Positions 1 through 12,938 of a DNA stretch of 64,000 nucleotides are shown in pieces. A program made the translations under genes and the position numbers. Under the pieces are notes generated by a model. That model saw only the letters and a program-made list of their open reading frames with translations. It ran no database searches and was not told the DNA's origin. Every line of letters starts with the position of its first letter. The first letter of the stretch is position 1. Source of the stretch: Bilabrum cf. latius (Eukaryota); contig OZ237749.1 in NCBI GenBank assembly GCA_965178125.1, positions 682,001 to 746,000 of the forward strand, in the 5' to 3' direction.

Positions 1-3000
1 AGTCACTGGAACGATATGAGGTAAGAACAAAGATTGCCTTCGTCTCTCCTAAACGGAGTCGAACGGCCCCACGCCTTGGATATGACTTCTCACCGTGTTT
101 GGGGTCGCCGATACTGCATCGCCCATTTCGCAGGGAGAGACAGAGGCACCTGTCCACGAGGTATCCTCTCCATGCAGCTGAATATTACAGTTTCAAGGCA
201 GCTCACCTGTCAAAGCACAGGAAGCGCCGGCTGGACAGAGAGAAGACACGCAAACTGCTGCAGGGCCGTCGAGAGCAGCTGGTGTCTTAGCTGCCTTGCT
301 CTGCCTTGCGGCACCCCAATAGCGCCCTTAGAATTACTATTGATGTTATTTTGGTCATTCTGACTCTATACAGTGGTGAGATAGCCATGTGCGATTTCCA
401 CTGGCATGCCCCGATGGAGTAGCTGTTTAGCTTGTACCGCACGCTGCTGTTTAGTTTCAGTTGCCTTCCGACGCAGTCATGATGGTGCCTTATCAACTTG
501 GCTTTGGCCTTGAGCCGCAGCCATGGGATTTTCTGTTCGTGCTAGAGGTCCTTATCGACATTACTTTCGGAGCCGATCTGACGCTGCAATTCTTCTCGTG
601 GCGTGTCGCTCCCGTGTCTGGAGACACGCTCCTTGACTGCGGTTCGAACGCGAAGAACTATTTATGTTCTTGGTTCATTCTTGACCTATTGTCCACGGTT
701 CCATTCGACAGGCTTGTGCTAGGCACGAGTGGCAGCACGGCGTTGCGAACGTTTCGGATTCTGCGTATAGTACGCCTCCTGAAGCTGCTAAAGCTTACCC
801 GGCTCCTTAAGCTGCAGGACCGTGCGAAGCGGTTGGCCCGGATTGTAGGCGTCGGCCTGTACAATTCTGTCGGTGGGGTGTTCCAGCTCCTGTTTCTCAT
901 TGGGTTTGCCACCCACATCATCGCTTGTCTTTTCCATGGGCTTACGCTCTTCACATTGTTCGGAGAGGTACCGGAGAGGGTGCTTCTCGAGGGAATTGCG
1001 GATGAGCCGGACCCCGATGCGCCAATGCCGGGTCTTTTCCGGGTCGGTGTGGACGGGTCCTCATCGGTGCTGAATGGCGGGGAGAGCTGGGCCACTCTGT
1101 ACGGGGAGACGAACGCAACGGACGCGCAGAGGTACGCGTCTGCCGTGTATTACACGGTAACTTCCCTGCTTAGCGTCGGCCCCGGCGACATTGTGTCGCA
1201 GAACGACACGGAGCGCTTCTTCTCTGTCATTCTGATGGTGCTGGGAGCCTGCCTGTTCGGCATCGTAGTGGCTGGAGTGAGCAAGGTGGTGGAGCAGATG
1301 TCCGCGTCGAGCCTCGCGTACCAGCGCAAAATGAACGAGGTGAACGAGTGGTCGAGCAGCAGGAAGCTGCCCACTCGCCTGCGCCAGCGGATCGGGCGCT
1401 TCTACCGGTACCTGCTGTCTCGCGTGAGCCTATTCTCCGAGGCTAGCATCTTGCAGGACCTGAGCACGTCGCTGAGAAATGAAGTGGTGGCGTGGTCCAA
1501 CGGAAAAATCGTGTACGCGATGGAGCCGTTCAGCGACGCGGACCCCACTCTGGTGACCCTGCTGGTCACCAGGATGCGGCCTTTGTTCCACATGCGGCAG
1601 GACGTGGTGTTTCGAGAGGAGGAGCAGGGCAGAGACGTGTTTTTTCTGGTGAGAGGGGCCGTGCAGCTGGTGGCTGCAGACCCTGGTGAAGCACCGCTGC
1701 AGTACTTGAGGAAGCAGGCGAGGAGGAAGAGGAGGGACGAGCTGCTGGACGTGCTCGGTTTCTTCAACTAGCGGGTGCACGGGTCTGCGGGCAAGCGAGA
1801 GGTCGAGGTGGCCGGGGCTGGGGGGACCGTGCGTGGTCGCGCCTCCGACAGATAGCTGCAGCTTCAGAACGGCGACAGAGCTGGCTCTAGCAGACCATTC
1901 GCGTTCGCGTCAGCTAGCAACTCGGAGTTCAGTGGCGACATCAGCGGCTCCATCCTCGACATCCAGCAGGCTCTCCTCGAGCGGGCACCGAAAAAGGCAA
2001 GGAGCGCCCGACGAGCCACCCAGCGCAGGTCAAGAAAGAACCGACGCTCCTCTTCTACGCCCAAGAGCGCGTATCAGTCCTCCATGCCGTCCGACCAGTC
2101 CCACATGGGCACGTCTGCCACTCTCGGCACGGTGGACCCGAAGCACATACCTCGGGTGGAGCAGGAAGCGTCCGACTCGGACAGTGGTTCTCAGAAGAGC
2201 GGATGGACTGGCTACTCATTCCTCACTGACAGGCCTGGGAAGGGCAACGAGAAATCCAAGTCTCCACTGCTGGACAAATCGGAGAGGAACAGGAGGGCAG
2301 CCAACGAGGCGGCGCGCAGGCGCCGGCTATCGATGCTTCGGGACGCGCATCACAACGGAGTGGGGGGCGATTCGAGCGGTGGAGCAGGCAGCAAGGACAA
2401 TGACCAGCTGCTCCCCTAGACCGTGGATACCGTCAGGTCCTTCGGTGGCGCCAAGTCTATCCCAGCACCGGACGATCGTGACAGGGACAGAGACTCTGGT
2501 CCCGATGTTGTTGGCCAAGACGTGTCAGCTCCCGAGATGAAGTCTGCAGAGAGCAAAGGAGACGACGCAAGCGCAGGTGAGCACGAGAATGGTGCTGATG
2601 ACAGCAACTCGCGCGAAAATGCTCCCAAGATTGACAGGGAAGCGAACGTTCCTGCAGGCCAAGAACCAGACCAAGCACGCGGCATCGACATTAGCAAGGG
2701 AGGGACGCACGGACCCACGATGGAGGGAATAGCATCCATGGGCATGCGACGCAAAAGCGGACACGCTAGCGACAAGCAGGACCTGTGGACGGCCGGTGTG
2801 TCAGTGGGGCTCCGCTCCAGCAACCGACAGGCCTTGGACAGGCTCAAGGACTCGAGGCAATTCCAGATCATTGCTGGCATGCAGCAGACGCATGCCATCG
2901 GGTAGGCGTCCGCACGGGCCGAGGCCACTGCCGCCTTCCTGCGCCGCAAGGCAATGCAGGAGGCCAGGTATGGCACGCAGCTCGGGAGCGACAGCAGGCC

Positions 3001-6000
3001 GCCGTACTCGCCCCAACAGCATCGGAAACAGAGTCGAACGCCTGGCAATCCCGGCCGTGGCTCTCGCCCTGGCAATTTCGGACAGGGACGTGCTGCGAAA
3101 GAGGCTTCCGCTGCATCCACCTTGAGTGGAAGCATCGACATGCAACAGATCGCGCTGGGCCGCACCTAGTCGTGGACCGAGGCAGCGCAGCAGATGCGGC
3201 AGAAGGCCTCCATGCTGCGCATGGACTACGCCCGCAGCGCGCAGGGAATTCACACAATCCTGAGCAACGATGGGGGCAGGTTACCTGATGATCTTGACAG
3301 AGACGAAGACTTGAGGTACAGGAAGCAGCGGGGGCGGGACACATCGAATCGTGCGGGTGTGTCCGCAGCTCTTGGCATGGTACAGGAGGAGGACACGGAG
3401 GACGAGGCCCAGGACCATGAGCAGGACCAGTCCGCCAACGAGCATGAATCCAGCAAACCGAGTAGCCGGGACAAGCAGCAACAGCAGCAGCGTGAGCATG
3501 AGAACGATGAAGCACCATCCGGCAGTCCAAGGCGCACCGTCACCGAAGCTGGCTCTTCCGGAGACTCGAGCGCGTACCCGGTCGATATAGGTGGCGAGTC
3601 AATTGGAGACCCCAAGCTTGGCCTGCACACGATACCCCGTCCAATGGGAATGAAGGGGTATGGGAAAGTGGCTCAGACGCTTGATGTAGCTGACTCTAGC
3701 CATGGGGAGCAGGACGGTGGCGATGAGGAAGAAGGGGACGTCCGAGCTCTCCTCGCGGCGGGATCCAACCAAGCCACCAACCATACCAACGGGTCTACGG
3801 AAGGTGGCGCTTCTCTTGTTGGGCTCAGCGGCAAACAAATCCTTGCACCGCGCACATCCGGCTCGGGTGGGCAAGTTCGACACGGTGCACTTCAGCGCAA
3901 GCCCTCATGGCACAAGCAATAGTCTCCAGGTCAGCGCTCCGGGGGCTCGAGGCAGGGAAGCCGTCGCATCATCCAAAAACGCAACTCGGACAAGCTCACT
4001 CCAAAGATGTCTTTCAAGCTGTTTGGGAGCGTGATGGCGAGGCCACACGTGCCGACAATGGGTGGCGCAATGCAGCGGCTGCAGCGCGGCTCATTCCATG
4101 CCGCTCAGGCCATGGATCTGCCAGACGATGGCATTGACAGCATTGACAGCTCTGACACAGGAGAGCTCGGCATAGTGGTAAGTGCTGGCCAGCGCACGCA
4201 CCCGGCCCCAAGGCCTGTCGAGCCCGTGCCGCCTGGGTAGGTGCAGTCTCCAGGTGCCTCCGACAAGCGTCGAGTCGTTGGGTCCGCTGGCGCGCCGGAA
4301 GCGAGACCGCGCCCATCTGGGCCAGACGTAGACCAGGGCAGCGATGAATCGGTTCGCATTATTGCTGTGGCCTCAGATGGGTCGGGAGGACAAGGAGATG
4401 GTGTGCAAATTTCTGGTACCGGTCTGAACATCGACTCTGTCGGTGGCGCGAATCCTACCGGCAGCACGGCTCTCGATGAACTTATCCAAGATAGCAGGGA
4501 AGCGCAAATCGTTCCATCTAGTCAGAGCAGTGGCGTCAGCGGAGGTTCGCCTGCCAAGAAGAAGAAAGACAGGTAGTGGGGGAAGCAAGGCAGTGGCAGG
4601 CTGATCGGGGCCCCAGCCGGGAACTCCCTTATGGACGCACCGTCGTCGCATGAGGAATCCGGCAACGTGCCACGAGTCGGAGCAGACTCGTATGCATCTC
4701 TGGCCGATGCAGATGCGCACATTGCTTTGCCATCGGAAGCTGACATGGTAGCAGAGCCAATGAGCTTGGCTGAGGCACGGCAGGTCCTGGCCGCTCAGGC
4801 TGGCAAAGCAGGCAAGGGCTTCAACCGCGCCAGCAGCATGGAGCGGATCATCACCAGCGGGGGTGACAGCAGAAAGCAAGCTCCTAGTCTTCCAGGTAAA
4901 ATTCCGCAGCCTTAGCTGCTGCAGCCCAGTCCGTCATACGGCGGGTCTGTGCACCGTATGAGCCTTTCGAACATGAACCCGCAGAGGTCGTTCACCGCAC
5001 AACGGAGGTACTCCGCGGTTTCAAGTGGGATTGAGAGCAACGAAAGCATGAAAGAGAAGGAGGCAATGCTCCTCCTTGGCGACTCTTCCAGCTCAGATGA
5101 ATCCACTGGTGAGTTGCTTCAGCACAGGCTCCGCAGGGCCAGTTCAGGTGCTTCGTCGCTTGTGCAGGAGCTTCTCGTGCCGGAGGTAGAAACTGAGGAG
5201 GAGAAACAAAGGAGGTTGCAGCTGCTTCAATACAAACGTGACTAGGCCAGGCGCAAGCGAGAGAAGCAGAAGCGCTCGAATCAATCCAACAAGTCTGTCA
5301 GCCCCGGCAGCCGGCATAGCGGAGGAGCCGAAGCTGGCCGATCTGCCGGATGGAAAGCACTTTCTGCAAGCGCGGAAGTCGAAAACGTTCCGTAGCGAGG
5401 ACCGCCGACGCGTCGAAGGAGCAGCAATCGACCGATGACGTTTGCAGAGGCAAAGAGGATGCGAGAGTTCGAGAAGACAGACTCTGGGTTGAGTGGCGGG
5501 AGCCGCCCCGGTCGCAACATGATGAGCATGTCAAGCCGCAGGCTCATCAACTCGAGGGACGCAGAGGTGCGACGAGCGTGGAAACTGGGTCCTCTGTATG
5601 CCATGGCTGTCCTCACCGATGGGCGGCACTTCGGTGACGTGGCTCCGCTCCTCGGATGCACGAGGCCGCTGGGTGCGCGGGCATCCACTGTGTGCGACAT
5701 GCAGACAATCACGATAGAAGAGCTTCTCATGGTGCTGCAGGACTTCCCCACCAAGCTTCGTGAGTTGCGTAAGCTTGCAAAACAGCGGCGCAACGCCTAC
5801 CGCAGATCGCGGATCTTGCTGGCTGCTCAGCTGCACGTTGGCGCTGCCTCGAGGCACGAAGAGAACGGCAAGCGAGATGCCGAGCGCGAGGTAAAGCGAG
5901 CGGTAGAACAGGGCAAAATCAAGCCTGCGAGTGCCAAACACTTGGCTCTTTTTCAACAGTTTGTACCTGAATTGCATGGCAGCAGCGGCAGCCTCTCTTC

Positions 6001-9000
6001 CAAGCGTGGGAGTCGAAGCAGTGGTTCCGTCTCGAAGCCTACAGGGTAGAGGGGCGGCACACTTGGTGATTCTACCAGCATCAATGCGCCAGGGCCTCCT
6101 GGAAAATTGCCGAAGCCCATGCAAGTGTAGTCTGGCACGGCACAATAGAAAGCAGAGAGTTAGGGCGAGCACAAGGGTGCGCCGTCAGGACAGCGCGGCT
6201 CCGGTCGCAACAGTACCAGCGATGACCGTAAGCGTCCGCTCAAGTCCGCGTTGAAATCTGGTTCCAGGCGGCAGGTTCCTCCTCGGGCAGAGGAGCATAA
6301 TAGTGACGATGAAACGCTACCTCCATCGCAGCGACCCAAGCGTGGTAGGCACGCTGAGAATGACAACGGTGGAGGTATTCAGCCCCAGCAGAGCTGGGCC
6401 AAGCGCGGTTATGAAACCATCTCAAAGAGCGCCAAGACGATTGGAGCCGTGATGTCGCAGGGTGTCAATCTGCTCACGTCGACGATCAGGGACGAAGATG
6501 ACCTGGATGTGGACGAGCACGACGACTCGCCTGCTGCTGTGGCGAAACGAGCCGCGATCGAGAGCGTTGCCCCCGCGCCCCGTGCCGTCTTACCCCTCAT
6601 TTTGCTGAACGATGCGCCTGCCAGTGTGCGGCTGCTTCCGGAGGGTCTACTTCCTACTCCAGAAGAAGAGGAAGACGATGAAAAGCTGCTGCTGAGGACA
6701 CTGCGACAGGTCGAGGTGGACTCAGGTCACATGGAGTCCATCGGAGCCGGATGCTGTGCCGGTTGCTTGGCATGGTACGTGAACTTTTGCGGGTGCGAGT
6801 TTCGATTCTCGGGGCGGTGTTGGTGCCCCTCTTGGTGCACGTGGCTGATCATGGCACTGCAGTGCGCCTGCTGCGGCCGCAGCGTCGGGTCAGTCTCACC
6901 TGGTGATGCTGGTGTGATGAGCGGAGGATTTGCAGCCGCTAATGCATCCAGATCAGCCGCCAGCGAGCGTGATCGCTAGCGGTGTTCCTGCTGCGCTAGC
7001 TGCATCACATGCGCGCGTGCGTCTGAGGCGGACGAGCGCGCGGCGCTCATGGAAGAGAAGTCAGCGGCTGCTTCGGGTCAGGATGGAGCGGCTCAGGCTG
7101 GACCGCTCGGCTCCGTGTTCAGCCCCACTGCCTCCAGCACCATTCAGGTGCCCAAGCACTTGGTGCAGAGAGAGGCTGTTAGCGTGGACGATCAGCCAGG
7201 TAGTGACGTGCATGGCTCCTCAGGCAACCAGAAGAGTGTCGTGGCGGCAGCCCCAGGTAGCAGCAGCCCACATGATCCATCCATCCCCTCGAAAGGCAAG
7301 AAGAAATTAAGGGTAAGACGAGGTTCAACTTTCACTGCTGCGGATGGCACCAAGTTTTCGGCTTCCATGAGGAAAGTGGGTTTCGATCCCGATGCAGCGG
7401 AGGAGTTCGAGGACGAGCAGATCATGCACGGCAAGAACGTCCACGGGCACAGAGGCGGAGATAGTGGCTTTTGGGACGAGGCGCTGAAGTGGTTGTGCTG
7501 CAGACTCGATGCGAAGTGCTGCTGCCTCGATGAGGGCAGCAGCTGCTGCCAGGACCCTCTTGATCCGTCGGGCGGTGGCATGGGCACTGGCCCTGGCAGG
7601 TCGAGGAGCCGCAGGCGGAAACGCAAAGCAGATTCGGATGCAAATCGGCACCTTTGCTACTATACCTGCGGCACGCAACTGATTGAGCTGGCATCTGGAC
7701 CCATTGTAGAGGATGTGGAGACCCCAGCAGCCCTCTCCTCTCGCTGGATTATCTGGAGGGATTCATCGGCTAAGGCGCGATGGGACCTTCTCGTGCTCGC
7801 TACAGTGCTCTTCACTATGTTTCAGGTGCCGTTTTTCATCGGATTTGATCTTGATGTCGATGTGGGCAGCGGCATGTACATAGTGGAGCGAGTCATCGAC
7901 GCGATGTTCATCCTGGACATTTTCCTGAGCGCCCGCACGACGTACGTGGACGACGAGACGCAGCTACAGGTCACGGTTCCATCTCTCATGTGCTGGCAGT
8001 ACTCCAAGAGTCGCATATGGGTTGACCTGCTGAGCAGCGTACCATGGGACCTCTTCATCCCCTTGCTGGTGAGTGGGGATGCCGACGCCAACGCACTACG
8101 ATCCATCAAGCTGCTCAGGACTCTAAGGCTCGTTCGATTGCTGCGCCTGCTGCGTCTGCTGCGTCTTTTCAAGGTATCTTCATACGTGAAGGGTCTATCT
8201 GTAAGCATGTTCATGTCCCCGGGGGTGGTGCGCTTGATGACTCTGTCATTCCAGGTGCTGTTCAGCGCTCACATACTTGGCTGCTTGTGGCACTTTGTCA
8301 CGATTGTTGACGCCGATCAGACTCACTCGTGGCTCGAAAACATTGATCCAGCCCTCAGTGTTGGATCAGGGCTCGGCAGCAAGTACCTAGCGTCAATATA
8401 CTGGGCTGTTAGCACGCTCACAACCGTAGGATACGGTGATATTGTGCCGCACACTGACAGCGAGACTGTGGCAGCCATCTTCATCACGGTGATCGGAGCT
8501 TCGATGTTTGGGTACATCATTGGCTCAATCGCTGCTGTACTGACTCGGCTGGATCCATCTCGGTCTCTGAGTGAAGACAAAATGAGACAGGTGGACGAGT
8601 ACCTGAGGGACAAGAACCTCGACCCTGCCCTTGCAGCTCGGGTGATCAGCTACTACGACAAGCTTATGAAGCGCAAGAGTGCTTTCAACGAGGATGCCAT
8701 CCTGGCTGAATTGAGTGGTTCGCTCCGACGGGCGGTCGTACTGCATTTGAACCGAGACATCATCGGATCTATATCCTTCTTCCGAGGCGCATCGGAGGGT
8801 CTCATCTACCACGTCGTCAGCGTGCTGAGACCGCAGTTCGCTGCACCCGGCGAGTACGTATTTAGGGAGGGCGAGCAGCCGTTCGACATGTTCTTCTTGA
8901 CGGATGGCGTGTGCGAAGTGGTCGAAACTGTGGAGGCTGCACCGTCTAAACACGGCAGGAGGAGGAGGAGCAACCGCAAGTAGGGAAGTCGAAGGGCGGG

Positions 9001-9502
9001 ACCGTCTCGGCACAGCTCTTACAGCTCCGTGGGCAGCATGGCGCCCCCTTCACCGACTGCTCGGAAGCACAGGAGATATATTGGCAGCGGGAGCCAGAAC
9101 TTTGGTGGGATCATGTCGGCTGCAAGTCGTAAGTCACTTGGTGGCCGCTTTAACAGCGGTTTTGTGGCAGAGGGTAGCAGCATGGGTAGTGGGCCGCAAG
9201 GGAGGGGAGACTTCGGGGCGGACGCACACCCCGCGCACCTGGAGGTTGTGCACGAGCAGCTAGACCCAGGGTCCTACTTTGGTGAGCTTTCGCTCCTGCT
9301 CGGAATCCGGCAGCCCGTCGGTGTGAGGGCCAAGACTCACTGCTCCCTCTTTGCGCTTTCCCGGGAGGAGCTCAAGGACCTCGTCGATCGCTTCCCGCTG
9401 TTCGGAAAGAGGGTTGAGCAGAGTATGAGAAGATTTCTGCGGTCGGTCGTGCGGGACCGAAGGCGACGACGCAAACTTGAGGAGGGTGGGCAAAGCGATT
9501 GA
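1..9502 (+). CDS. Two-repeat (2 x 6TM) cyclic-nucleotide-binding-domain K+ channel-like protein, 5'-partial, >3,130 aa; intron 376-476; needs TAG read as sense
   Basis: The frame is open from the window start. Splicing 376-476 (GTGAG...ACGCAG) restores S1 'HPNSALRITIDVILVILTLYSVMMVPYQLGF'. Track ORFs 461, 2084, 2423, 2954, 3194, 4007, 4241, 4631, 4949, 5435, 6251, 7049 and 9029 share one frame and are separated only by TAG (18 in total). The first TGA is at 9500-9502. There are two S4 R/K-x-x ladders, pores SVGPGD and TVGYGD, C-linkers, and CNBD motifs VFREEEQGRDVFFL...HFGD and VFREGEQPFDMFFL...YFGELSLL. Confidence 0.92.
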
Positions 9503-9768
9503 CGCTGAGGCTCTACCAATTCGGAATTGTTGTTGCTCTCTACAGGAACTAAACAACGAAGTTCGATTTCAAAATAACTTGATACATGGCATCCACGCAT
9601 GCAACAGCTGTTCTAGCAAGCCACATGTTTGCCGAATCCGATCCGGATTCCGGAATCTCCTAACGACCATGATTGTCCCAACCAACTGCATCTGTCTGAA
9701 GATCCGAATGGCTAACGCCAACCTAAAGCCAAACTCTGAGGAGCCAAACATCTCAACCGGAGCTTGCA

Positions 9769-12700
9769 TCAGACAGCAGTAGCGTTAGCGCCGTCTGGAC
9801 CCTTCGCGGGCTGTGCCCCCTGCTGCTGCTGCTTGCCAGTCGTGGTCTGACCAGTCCGTTCAGCAGAGGCCGGGTTGCCGTGCTGCACCGGCTTGCCCGT
9901 CGCCCCGCTCGTCTGCACACCACTGCCGATGCGAGCTGGGGGAGAGCAGCAGCACGGGCACGGCAAGAACACGTGCCACAGCCACTGCAAGCACGACATC
10001 GGCGCCTCTCCGAACAGCTCCCGGTGCGAGTTCGTCGCGTTCGCCATCGCGTACACCAGCATCAGGAAGAAGATGCACACGGACACCAGCGCGAACACCA
10101 GGCCCACATTGTGCCGCACCGTGTCGCTGGTACCGTCCACGATGCGCGTGGTGACGATACGCCCGTTCACGCACTGCTTGCCGCTGGGGATGCCCTGGCC
10201 CTGCCTGTCTGAGCGGTCGTCGGCCGAGCTGATGGTGTAGTCGGGGTTGCACTCCTGGCAGATGCCCTGCAGACACACGCCCTGCCACAGAATGGCGCGG
10301 GCGTAGCCGTCGCGAGGCACCTGCGACTGCGATAGCATGTGTCCCCTGCCGGTGGAGTTCCAGAAGCGGGCATCGCCGCAGAAGCCGTCGTTGGGAGTGT
10401 ACCTGTTGTCACCGTCGCCGCCGATCCGCGGGATGTTGACCACCTGGGTCTGGCTCAGACGAGACGTCAGACCGTACACGTTCACGCCCTAGGTCCTGCA
10501 CAGCTTGCCGAAGAACTGCCAGCCCGCTCCCTCCTTGTTCTGGCACGTGCCGTACGTCCGGTGGGACCAGTTGTCGCACACGTACTCTCCCTGGTCGTTC
10601 TAGCAAATGCCCATGTCCGTCTGGCAGTACTGCCCGTCCTCGCACATGCCGTCGTTGGTGCACTCGAGGCATCGCGTGCGCGGCTGCACGCGCTGGCCCA
10701 TCCTGGAGTCGTACGACGGCACGTCAGCGCAGATGGTGAAGCGGTGCTCGTCGTTGTTGTCGCTGGCGTCCTTGCGGTCTTCCGAGGGATGGTCCTTGTT
10801 GCGCACACAGTCGTCGTTGTGGATGCACTCCCCTCGCACGCTCTCATGCGACGCACGCACGGACATCTGCATGTAGTTGGCGTCGCACGTGCTGCCTCGG
10901 GTGACCGTGATCATGTACGTGCCCACCTCGGACATGCCCGTGCGGGCCGTGGGACGGCCGAACGGCTGGGTCAAGGCGCTGCGTGAGCCAAGGCTGCCGA
11001 CACCCGAGATGGAGTCCGACTCCGAGTAGCTGTCAACGAGGGCGCCGTATCGAGAGTGCGTGCCGGGGAAGGGCTGCACCTGTGTGGAGCCGTCATCCTG
11101 GAAAGGACGCACGTTCGTGCTCCGGTCCACGGATCGGAAGCGCACCTGCATGGCGTTGCGAGGAGGATGCTTGACGAAGTTCATGCCTCGGCCTGCGCCC
11201 AGCTGCACGTTGTCCACGATCACGGACAGGTTGTTGAAGAGGTCCCGCTCGTAGTGCACGAAGAAGATGGCCTCCCTGTCCGGGAACTCCCCGTTGTGGA
11301 TCTCTCGCTCGTCGATGGTGACGTTGTTGATGGGCTCGGACTCTCCAAACTCGCCGTCCTCGCGGAAGTCGTACAGCACAGGGTAGTGCTCCAGGCCCGT
11401 GATGGTGACGGTGAAGTCGATGAACACTCCCAGCGCGTACGGGTACTGTCCGTCGCTGCTTGGGAAGGCCACATCCTCGTCCTCGAACACCTCTCCGCCG
11501 GGCACCTGCACCTCCACACAGGCAGGGTACTGCGTGCCGGCTGAGTCATCGGCACCGCCGTCGTACTCCACGCGAGGCAGACGGAACCGAATCCGGCCCG
11601 CGGCATCGTAGTGGTACTTGGCCTCTTGGTCCTCCAGCGACGTGTACGTCTGCGAGCTCGTGGCAGGCTCATACCCGGGGATGCGCACCTGCCAGAAATC
11701 GCTGATCTCGTCGTTCTCGATGGCAGTCACATTGGGCAGAGGCATCACGCTGGGATCCGCCTCGATGGTGATCTCGATGGTCTTGGGGGGCAGGCCCATG
11801 GACGCGAAGTCTTCTCCGATGGGCACGCACACGGCCTGGCCTGGCCTCGTGTATCCGTTGATGGCCACGGTCTTGTTGGCCGTGAGGCGTGGCACGGAGT
11901 CCAGATAGATCTCGCCGTTGTCCTCACTGTTCACGTTGTACCCGATGCTACCCTCGCCGTACAGCTCGCTGTAACCGCCCTGATACGTGCCGTTGCGCGT
12001 GACCATGCGGGCGGCCAAGTGCCACTCGAAGCCGTCGTCGTCGAGACGCGCCACGTTGCGCATGTCGAAGACGATCTGGTACGTGCCCACACACCAGGAA
12101 TTGAGCTGCGATGGGAGGCCAAGACATGGGGCAAGCAGGCAGCATGGAGCTGAGGCGCGGCAAAGGGGATGGGGGCGGGGAGACTGAGGCTGGGTTGGCA
12201 GACACATCGCAGCATTCTGCAGGTGTGCCGTCTCACCTGCTTGGCGTGGCTGTGGATCGGAAGCTGCAGCACATCGTTGCCGTCTTCCTGATACGCCCGC
12301 ACCTCGACCGAGTTCGCTCCGAAGAAGTTGTTGAAGTCCTCCTCCTGAGAGGGCACAGCGTCGATGTCGCTGTAGTCCGTGGAGGGCGGCAGCACGAAGA
12401 ACTCGTCGATGGCATCCGTGGCAGATGGATTCCAATAGTCGGTTTGTCCGTTTGCGTTGAACAGGATGATCTGCAGCTGGGCGCTGTCTTGGTACGGGAG
12501 AAGATCGTTGTTGAGCGTGATGCTGAGGACGGATGAGTTCTCTCCTGCATCGCTGATTCCGCGCGCACACGTGAAGTTGGATGGGCCATAGGAAGGGAGG
12601 AGATCAGCGGCGGAGAGCTCAATGGATGAAACCTCTTCGCAATCGCTCCTAGTGAGGCCTGCGAAGGATGGGTAGCTGACCACTTGTCGAGCAGTGCGAG

Positions 12701-12938
12701 TACACTCGAAGAGCTCTACGATACGTTCTTCAGCTCTTTGTGTATAGAAGTATGCTATTATGTGGGAGTAGCTGCAATGGTTAAATGCCCAGCAATACTC
12801 CGTAAGGAGAGCATGCAGTTGGGGTAGCATGCATGCGACTGCTCATGCGGCTCTTCCTTTTCGGAGCGCTTCACCGCCGGTCTCACTTGCATTCGCAGCC
12901 CCAGCCAGCATAGCAACTAGTACCTGCAGTATCTTCAT
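9769..12938 (-). CDS. Uncharacterised type I membrane glycoprotein, copy A (about 936 aa); exons 12938-12887, 12658-12237, 12105-9769
   Basis: Signal peptide MKILQVLVAMLAGAANA; two GTGAG...TCGCAG introns with matching phases; acidic ectodomain with N-x-S/T sites; Cys-rich membrane-proximal region; TM helix VGLVFALVSVCIFFLMLVYAMA; cytosolic Cys cluster PCPCCCS. In-frame TAG at 10600-10602 and 10489-10491; ends in TGA. Confidence 0.8.

Noticed and set aside
9634-9657. Overlapping short inverted repeats GAATCCG-ATC-CGGATTC and GATTCCGGAATC between convergent genes
   Set aside because: They are short, occur once and were not seen in other convergent spacers; no function can be supported.
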